From the IMG/VR virus record IMGVR_UViG_3300033433_000009, positions 1 through 24,021 of that record: a stretch of DNA of 24,021 nucleotides. One strand, written 5' to 3'. This stretch comes from a virus (Duplodnaviria > Caudoviricetes). Of this stretch, positions 16,437-22,820 are shown one piece after another. Below the pieces are notes generated by a model, which had not been told where the DNA came from, did not search any database, and saw nothing but the letters and a program-made list of their open reading frames with translations. Position numbers and translations under genes: made by a program. Every line of letters begins with the position of its first letter. Position 1 is the stretch's first letter.

Positions 16437-17269
16437 CACCCGACATATCCTTTATTACTGCCTGGTCAACAGCTCTTGAACAGGTGTTAAACGATGCATG
16501 GTCAACCGGCTATAGCGACAAGCAAAACGAGGTCGATAGTATCGATCGGAGCGAATCCGGTACGGCCACGACCTTCGCCAGCAAAGATTTTAATCTGAGC
16601 TGGGGAAACAAGGAAGCCGCACGGTTCCACCGGCTCAAAGCCTTCGCCAGCGCCATTATCACCGATTCCGATCTTTCGGATGCCGTCAAGACCTCGCTTG
16701 CCGACGCCCTCGACACTGGCCAGAGCTACCGCGACTGGCGCAAAAACGTCAACCAGGTCTTTGATGATTCCGGTTACAGCCGCCTCGGGAGCTGGCAGGC
16801 TGAAACCATCTACCGCACCGAGAGCAGCATGGCCTACGGCGCCGGCAGCTATGCCAAGCAGTTGGAGGTTTCCGACCGCTTCCCGTTCTACGAATACTCG
16901 ACAGCCCACGACGAGCGCGTCCGCGCTGGTCACCGCGCCCTGGACGGCAAAATCTTCAAGACTGACGATCAGCAGTACTATCCACCACTTGGATTCAACT
17001 GCCGATGCAGATCCATTCCGGTCAGCAAGCTCCAGGCAAAAAAACGAGGCATCACAGGTCCCGACACCGTCACCCCGGAGATGCAATCCCAGCTCGGCAA
17101 CGTTGAGTTCATCGGCGACAAGATTCACTTGTTCGAGACCTACCTGCAGGACAAACTCAACCGCCTCGATGCGGTACGCGCCCAGATGATCCTCGATAAA
17201 ATCGCCGAGCTGCGCAAAGTGGCCGCAGTCGACGTCAATACCGAAACCACAACAACACAGACCCTATGA
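16403..17269 (+). CDS. Minor head protein, Mu gpF / SPP1 gp7 family
   Basis: ETIYRTE...AY.AG, YSTAHDERVR..H.ALDG, YPPLGFNCRC. Confidence 0.93.
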   Translation: MTAAEEYLRAAAPDISFITAWSTALEQVLNDAWSTGYSDKQNEVDSIDRSESGTATTFASKDFNLSWGNKEAARFHRLKAFASAIITDSDLSDAVKTSLADALDTGQSYRDWRKNVNQVFDDSGYSRLGSWQAETIYRTESSMAYGAGSYAKQLEVSDRFPFYEYSTAHDERVRAGHRALDGKIFKTDDQQYYPPLGFNCRCRSIPVSKLQAKKRGITGPDTVTPEMQSQLGNVEFIGDKIHLFETYLQDKLNRLDAVRAQMILDKIAELRKVAAVDVNTETTTTQTL

Positions 17270-17913
17270 GCACCATTGCCACCAGACCAGACCTCGTCGC
17301 CAAACTGATCGTGCACCGGCAGCGTTTCGAGGCCATCGCCAGCCTCAGCGCCAAAACCGAAGCACATGCCCTCAACATCGCAAGGCGCTACACCACATGT
17401 GCAGGCATCGACGACATCACCGCCGCTCTGCAAACCATCGAGCGCACCAAGCTCAAAACCTACGCCAGCGTTAAATCTGCCGGCATCGACGGAGAACCCT
17501 ACGCAGGGATCCTCGATTTACTGCACAGCGCAAAAATATCAATTGCCGAGCTTGACGCCTGGGTCATCGCCATCAAACGAACCACCTTCGCCTCAGGGAA
17601 CAAGTTCCAGCCATTGCCGACGCATGACGAAGCCTGGCAGACCTTTTCCCGTGTCTTCAACGAACTCCACACCGCCAAACTGACCGCCCGGACGCTCCTT
17701 AGTACCATACCACCAAAGCTCTCCGACGAAGACATCCGCACCGCCGCCCGGTTCTATTGGGAACTCATGGCCCTGCCCCTTCGGCAGCAAGCATGGCTGC
17801 TCATCCCTGAAGACGAGCAGCTCGCTATCCGTATCAGGCATCCAAACAATCCCGATGGAGCCATGCAATCCACCGCCAACTACTACAACAAGCCCAAGAC
17901 GACAACATCATGA
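17266..17913 (+). CDS. Hypothetical helical protein between F and G
   Basis: 215 aa, ATGA-coupled at both ends, codon style like its neighbours. Confidence 0.75.
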   Translation: MSTIATRPDLVAKLIVHRQRFEAIASLSAKTEAHALNIARRYTTCAGIDDITAALQTIERTKLKTYASVKSAGIDGEPYAGILDLLHSAKISIAELDAWVIAIKRTTFASGNKFQPLPTHDEAWQTFSRVFNELHTAKLTARTLLSTIPPKLSDEDIRTAARFYWELMALPLRQQAWLLIPEDEQLAIRIRHPNNPDGAMQSTANYYNKPKTTTS

Positions 17914-18356
17914 ACCAGTTCGTTCGAGTCACTCTTCGCGGCCTCGACGAGGCCCGTAATAGCATCGAGCAGTTTCCCCGCAGATGCCAGGCCATCCTGC
18001 GCACGCACAGCGTCCTGCGCGACATAGGCACCGTCTTCGTCTCAAGTGCAGTCCGAACCATCGATGCTGGCGGTCGACCGCCATACAAACCCCTTGCCGA
18101 AAGCACAACCTCCGCCAAGCTCCGCAAGTACAAGAAATCCAGTCACATCCTGGTTGCCGGAGGCCAGCTCCGCCAAAGCCTCGACTACGACGTTGCCGGT
18201 GGCAAACTGACCCTCACCTCGGTCGAATACCTCAAGTTTCACCAGTGGGAAGAAGACCGCGTCAAGGCACGCTTCCCGGCTCGTCCCGTCTGGGGCATTC
18301 ACGACGACGACCATGATGAAATCAGCGATATCATCATTGAAGCCCTGAAAAAATGA
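17910..18356 (+). CDS. Virion morphogenesis / tail completion protein, Mu gpG-like
   Basis: GRP.YKPLAEST...K, ILVAGGQLRQSL, YLKFHQW, FPARPVWGI...D..EI. Confidence 0.9.
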   Translation: MNQFVRVTLRGLDEARNSIEQFPRRCQAILRTHSVLRDIGTVFVSSAVRTIDAGGRPPYKPLAESTTSAKLRKYKKSSHILVAGGQLRQSLDYDVAGGKLTLTSVEYLKFHQWEEDRVKARFPARPVWGIHDDDHDEISDIIIEALKK

Positions 18357-18423
18357 CGAAAAATTTGCGAGTGCACATAAAAATCATTATGGATAGATAT
18401 CCCATGCACTCAACGCCACAATC

Positions 18424-18690
18424 ATGTCCAGCGCACAACCCAACGAACTCATATCATTCATAGCCAAGCACGCCGGCGAGCAGGTGGCGCATCTAGTCTG
18501 GAAAGAGTTCGAAAAAAGCCAGCCATACATTCCCAGTTACCCCAAGGCTGACAAGAAACAGGCCTACATCCTCAGCGCACTCGAACGAGGCGAAAACGTT
18601 CGATCAATCGCAAGGCAGCTCAACCTCAGCGACCGACAGATATACTCAAGGCTCAACCAGCCCTTGCGCAAGCAGATCAGCCTTTTCTGA
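18424..18690 (+). CDS. Mor/C-family late transcription activator
   Basis: G..VA..VW.EF...PYIP dimerisation-type segment; HTH NVRSIARQLNLSDRQIY; ends QISLF. Confidence 0.85.
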   Translation: MSSAQPNELISFIAKHAGEQVAHLVWKEFEKSQPYIPSYPKADKKQAYILSALERGENVRSIARQLNLSDRQIYSRLNQPLRKQISLF

Positions 18691-18705
18691 CCCCGTTCAA
18701 ACAAC

Positions 18706-18735
18706 AAAAAAGCCCCGTGTTACCGGGGCTCTTTG
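18706..18735 (-). terminator. Intrinsic terminator between convergent operons (strong on minus, possibly bidirectional)
   Basis: AAAAAA-GCCCCG-TGTTAC-CGGGGC-TCTTTG. Confidence 0.85.
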
Positions 18736-18752
18736 CTGTTAAAAAATCATCC

Positions 18753-19187
18753 TCACTCAACAAACGACAACTCACGCAATTTCCAACGACCATCAGACAC
18801 CTGCTCAACCTTCGCCGCAAACACCTTCCGCAGCACCGCGCCGAAAGAATTCTGAGCATCAACCCACGACACCACGGTATACACCTGACCCTCACGGTTA
18901 ACGCTCGTATCATCCCTCATCGTCTCAGCAAACTTTGCAGATGATGGTGCTTTCAAGCTTTGCTTTACGGCCATCTGAGCAAACACAAACGCCCCGAGCG
19001 ACTCATCCCGATCAACCCACGACCTCTGCACCGAAACCGGAGCAGTAACAACCGGAGCATCATCCATTGATCGCATCGCAATAAACAGCGCAACGGTAAC
19101 CAGGGACAACAGCAACATACCCCTATAACCACCAGATTTACCACGACTCACAGGAAGCTCAGGCTCCCGCAAAAATCTTTTGTCCAT
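18753..19187 (-). CDS. Membrane-anchored exported protein (moron-like)
   Basis: One N-proximal TM; LKAPSSAKF and VDAQNSFGA motifs; strong GGAGG SD. Confidence 0.8.
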   Translation of the reverse strand: MDKRFLREPELPVSRGKSGGYRGMLLLSLVTVALFIAMRSMDDAPVVTAPVSVQRSWVDRDESLGAFVFAQMAVKQSLKAPSSAKFAETMRDDTSVNREGQVYTVVSWVDAQNSFGAVLRKVFAAKVEQVSDGRWKLRELSFVE

Positions 19188-19233
19188 ATTACCCTCCTTT
19201 TTTTGTGAGTTATCCTCGAATATACATCAAAAA

Positions 19234-19689
19234 TTACTTTGCCCGCTGCACCCGCATCGCCTCAAGCGCCATCTTGATCTTCCCCACCTGATCTTTCTCA
19301 ATATGTTCCGGCACTAAAATCCTAAACCGGTTATGCAAAAACACCTGGTAAGCCTCCAAAGCATTCACCCTATTTTTCTGCGACGTTACATCCATCCACA
19401 TAGCCTCCAGCATCCTGAGCTGCTTGGGAGTCGCCATCTCACCAGACCGCCGACCAAGATCATCATACCTCTTATGCACCGGCCGCTTCTCCGGCACTTT
19501 ACCAGCCAGACCCTGCAAAAAATCGATCACCTTCCGCGCGTCAGCAATCGTCAAATCCTTGCAACTCTCAACCTCATACCCCCACAAAAGCGATCTGTAT
19601 TCCTCCTCCGATATCCCCGACAACCCCTGCAAAGTCATGATCCTCCGCACCATCATCGGCGGCAAACCCGGTTTTTTAATCTCAGCCAT
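19234..19689 (-). CDS. gemA: GemA / Mu gp16-like protein (DUF1018)
   Basis: GISEEEYRSLL...VESCKDLT....KVID, ATPKQLRMLEAMW, ALEAM; start moved to MAEIKK at 19689. Confidence 0.82.
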   Translation of the reverse strand: MAEIKKPGLPPMMVRRIMTLQGLSGISEEEYRSLLWGYEVESCKDLTIADARKVIDFLQGLAGKVPEKRPVHKRYDDLGRRSGEMATPKQLRMLEAMWMDVTSQKNRVNALEAYQVFLHNRFRILVPEHIEKDQVGKIKMALEAMRVQRAK

Positions 19690-20122
19690 GGTTATTCTCC
19701 GGTTGCACATATTCCAATCCTTCCAGCTTTTTAAACTGATTAACAAAAGTTGACGATGACGAAAAAAAAGGCTCATACCACACCATAACCGTGTCTGGGT
19801 ACTCTTTCTTTAACTTGTTCATAATCGCAATCTGGCGCTTACTTTTTCCGTTGAGATCTTGTTTTTTAAACAGTGATGTGGTACAAGTCTTTTTCCTCCA
19901 GACCTTTTTAACAAAACTGTCATAATCACCATGCGACGGCCATCCGGTAGAGATCCTGATTTTCTCATCAATAAAGACAAACAAAGAATACTGTATCCTT
20001 GTCTGCGATGACCGCCTCCATTGCACAGTGATCTTTCGTCCATCAAGGGCAAACTGCACGACCGCAAATTGGTTCTGCAGCTTCGTATTGATAACCGTCC
20101 ACTGCTCTGATGATATCGCCAT
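19682..20122 (-). CDS. Hypothetical early-region protein
   Basis: 146 aa, AT-richer than its neighbours, basic; overlaps the gemA start. Confidence 0.75.
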   Translation of the reverse strand: MAISSEQWTVINTKLQNQFAVVQFALDGRKITVQWRRSSQTRIQYSLFVFIDEKIRISTGWPSHGDYDSFVKKVWRKKTCTTSLFKKQDLNGKSKRQIAIMNKLKKEYPDTVMVWYEPFFSSSSTFVNQFKKLEGLEYVQPENNHG

Positions 20123-20136
20123 TTTTTACCCCTGTT

Positions 20137-20727
20137 TTATTCCTGATACTCTTTCTCCGATCCGCCCAACACCAGCGCCTGTGTAGCCATCCCGGCCTTG
20201 ATATCGGGAACCCTTAAATCACCCGTCATAATGAGGTACTCACCAAGCGCCAGCAGCATTCCGAAAGAGCGCCCAAACTCAGCCCTCTCCGCTGTGCGCA
20301 ATGGCGAACGCCGCCGTTGATCATCATCACTCCACCCGTTTGATGCTTTGCGCAGCTTGAGGTGCAAGGTGTCCGCCACCATACTCACACTCATAATCGA
20401 ACCAAACCGGTCCGTCAGTTTCGGAGCCCGGTTAAACCGCTTGAACATCCCCGGTTTTGCTTCCAGCTCTTTCGGTACGGCCGTATCACCAAACCTGGCC
20501 TCCGCTGCAAGTCTTGCCTCAACAGCATACTCCTTCTGCTCGTGATAGCTATGATAGACCTGCTTCTTCCCTTTGTGCAGATATGCCCTCCAAAGCCCTT
20601 TCTTCGGGTCCCAAGCCACACCCTTCACCGGGTGCTGATCAACCATCACCACCCGCGAATCAACCGCCGTATTAAACAGCTCCGGAAGCATCACCAAAGC
20701 CTCCACTCCCTTCTTTTTTTTACTCAT
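20137..20727 (-). CDS. AP2-domain DNA-binding protein (no HNH domain)
   Basis: VKGVAWDPKKGLWRAYLHKGKKQVYHSYHEQKEYAVEARLAAEARFG matches the AP2 pattern. Confidence 0.75.
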   Translation of the reverse strand: MSKKKKGVEALVMLPELFNTAVDSRVVMVDQHPVKGVAWDPKKGLWRAYLHKGKKQVYHSYHEQKEYAVEARLAAEARFGDTAVPKELEAKPGMFKRFNRAPKLTDRFGSIMSVSMVADTLHLKLRKASNGWSDDDQRRRSPLRTAERAEFGRSFGMLLALGEYLIMTGDLRVPDIKAGMATQALVLGGSEKEYQE

Positions 20728-21068
20728 CTTAAATCACCTCCCATGTCAATCCGAGTGAGGAATGCAGCGACTGTTATAGGGATGCACATATCCTTTGGTT
20801 GTTGCTGCATAAGCGCATCAACGCTCCTGATTGCTTCCTCGCCTCGAATTATGACTTTCGGCAACGATGCTATAGCGTAGGCAATCGCCCTTTGTAAATC
20901 TTTCTTCCCCTCCCTGATCGTTATTGACGCCAGACATCCTGCGCTATCCGGCGTTCCGACCACACATATCCGGAAAGCTGTTTTCGTTTCTCTCACTTCC
21001 CACTCCTTTTGCAGCAGATCATTTACTGCTTTATCTACCATCTTTGCGTGATCGATACCGTACATCAT
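20724..21068 (-). CDS. Hypothetical early protein
   Basis: 114 aa, ATGA overlaps, GGAGG SD. Confidence 0.7.
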   Translation of the reverse strand: MMYGIDHAKMVDKAVNDLLQKEWEVRETKTAFRICVVGTPDSAGCLASITIREGKKDLQRAIAYAIASLPKVIIRGEEAIRSVDALMQQQPKDMCIPITVAAFLTRIDMGGDLR

Positions 21069-21310
21069 CTCACACCTCCCATCCTTTTTACTTCAATCCG
21101 GATCCTCATCCCAGAAACAAAAACCCGCTGACCAACCCGGCCAATCCACCTCGATACAGCAATCACCACCCATCCAAACCGGTCCGCAACCTCAGCAAAA
21201 ACCGGAATCACCAACTCGCCATACCAGCCCCAAAACTTCGGCAAATTGTACAGCAAAACCGCCCAGACGCATATAACCCAAAGCGCCACAAAAACTGATC
21301 CTATTTGCAT
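21065..21310 (-). CDS. Small membrane protein
   Basis: 81 aa, hydrophobic N-terminus, overlapping neighbours, SD present. Confidence 0.6.
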   Translation of the reverse strand: MQIGSVFVALWVICVWAVLLYNLPKFWGWYGELVIPVFAEVADRFGWVVIAVSRWIGRVGQRVFVSGMRIRIEVKRMGGVR

Positions 21311-21492
21311 GAGTCATCCTCCATCTGATTAAGTTGTACTTGATTTCTCACACATCTGATCACTTCCGGAGATATCAGCGCATTTGTCAGCAGCACCTGC
21401 GCCTCCGACCCGTCAACCGGAAACGATACTTTCAGCTCATCGATGAGCTGCTTCACCGCCTCCGTTAACATCGGCTTAATCCGTATATTCAT
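21301..21492 (-). CDS. Hypothetical early protein
   Basis: 63 aa, ATGA overlap, GGAGG SD. Confidence 0.65.
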   Translation of the reverse strand: MNIRIKPMLTEAVKQLIDELKVSFPVDGSEAQVLLTNALISPEVIRCVRNQVQLNQMEDDSCK

Positions 21493-21797
21493 ATCGCACC
21501 TCCTCTTGAACTCATCTCCATCCCGTCCGGCCTGCTTTCGCCTCGCACGCAGTACCCCCAGTGAGGCTCATACCCAGACACCTCCGCAGACGCTTTTCGC
21601 ACTGTTCGACCATCATGAGTAACCAGAGTCTTCTGGTCATTTCCGATCGCAAGCTCCAGCTCGCACGGCATATGCTTTCCTGCAACCGTCCGAACAAAAT
21701 GTAGCTTTCCGCACACCGGGCACACCGCGTGTGGCCCTGACCCCGTCAACATCCTCACCGGAGCCGGACGCTTTCCTTGTTCCGTTACCTGTATCAT
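21489..21797 (-). CDS. Putative Zn-binding early protein
   Basis: CPVCGK...T.AGKHMPC...GYEPHWGYC (CxxC...HxxxC). Confidence 0.7.
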   Translation of the reverse strand: MIQVTEQGKRPAPVRMLTGSGPHAVCPVCGKLHFVRTVAGKHMPCELELAIGNDQKTLVTHDGRTVRKASAEVSGYEPHWGYCVRGESRPDGMEMSSRGGAI

Positions 21798-22762
21798 GCT
21801 GCCACCTCCATCTCAAGCTGTTTCGCCACCGCCGTTATCAGCGCTGGCGTCATCGACTTCCCGCTCTGCCGCACAGCCTTCAGCGCTCCGTAATACAGCG
21901 CCTCCAGCTTCCGGACGTCGCCCCCGCAGCGCGCATGGTACGCCCGTACCACACCATCGTCCAGCAACGGCAGCATCAGCTCCAGCAACTTCCGGATATC
22001 GCCGATCTCAACATCTGCAGACCGCTCGATCCCCGCTCTGACCCGCACTCTGTTCCATATATACTCGTAGTCACGGCGCAACGACTGCAGCGACGCCATA
22101 AAACGGGGCAGTCCGACGTACACGATTCCGATACCTGACCAGTCATTCAGCCGTCGTACCACATCGAGCACCGGCGGTTTCAGGTGCTCCGCTTCATCCA
22201 GGACAAGCATACGCCCGGATCCACGCAGCCGGTCACACACCGACACCAGCAACTCATGGATCGATCCGTGCATCTCGATCCCACACGACGCAGCGATAGC
22301 ACCAAGCACCATACGTGCCGGGAAAGAGTGATGACACTCGATCATCATCACACCTGCATTCCGCGATACATACTCCTTTACCGAGCGAGTTTTCCCGCTG
22401 CCGCTCGCCGCCGTCACAACACCTATCTTCCCCTTCAGATGGCACGACCGCAGCGCCGACGTCACCGACTTGTACACCTCCGTCTCAACTGTCGAAGGGA
22501 ACCGTTCATCCTCAGGGATCTCCGAATCGGCAACCTCGCGGCGCCTGTCCATCCACTGCCTGACCTTCTCTTCGACCGCCTCCGAGCTGCCCTTGTAGGT
22601 CCCGGATAGCCAGGTCGACAAAGCCGAATGCGACACACCGATCTGAGTCGACACTGCCCGCTGGCTCAGGCCCAGTCTGGTCATTTTCCCGAGTAACTCC
22701 TTGCGAAGTCCCTCCGGTACTTGCGGAATCGCTCCCGACCCTTTACATTGCTCTTGTTCCAT
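21794..22762 (-). CDS. MuB-like transposition ATPase (N-terminal HTH + AAA)
   Basis: HTH LSQRAVSTQIGVSHSALSTWLSGTYKG, Walker A AASGSGKT, Walker B LVLDEAEHL, GIVYVG; start is 22762 or the coupled ATG at 22825. Confidence 0.93.
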   Translation of the reverse strand: MEQEQCKGSGAIPQVPEGLRKELLGKMTRLGLSQRAVSTQIGVSHSALSTWLSGTYKGSSEAVEEKVRQWMDRRREVADSEIPEDERFPSTVETEVYKSVTSALRSCHLKGKIGVVTAASGSGKTRSVKEYVSRNAGVMMIECHHSFPARMVLGAIAASCGIEMHGSIHELLVSVCDRLRGSGRMLVLDEAEHLKPPVLDVVRRLNDWSGIGIVYVGLPRFMASLQSLRRDYEYIWNRVRVRAGIERSADVEIGDIRKLLELMLPLLDDGVVRAYHARCGGDVRKLEALYYGALKAVRQSGKSMTPALITAVAKQLEMEVAA

Positions 22763-22790
22763 TGTTCTTTCGTTTTGGTTTTTTTCTGCC

Positions 22791-22820
22791 CCCGGAGTGC
22801 GCCAACACTCCGGGTTTTTT
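22791..22820 (+). terminator. Stem-loop + T6 at the A/B junction, terminator-like on the antisense (+) strand
   Basis: CCCGGAGTG-CGCCAA-CACTCCGGG-TTTTTT. Confidence 0.6.

Noticed and set aside
16403-17269. MuF polymorphic toxin
   Set aside because: Only about 85 residues follow the NCRC motif, with no recognisable toxin motif
12286-18752. Invertible segment (gix-like sites) bounding the + strand block
   Set aside because: No convincing inverted repeats at the two boundaries, only a short direct GTTCAAAC; no invertase in the window
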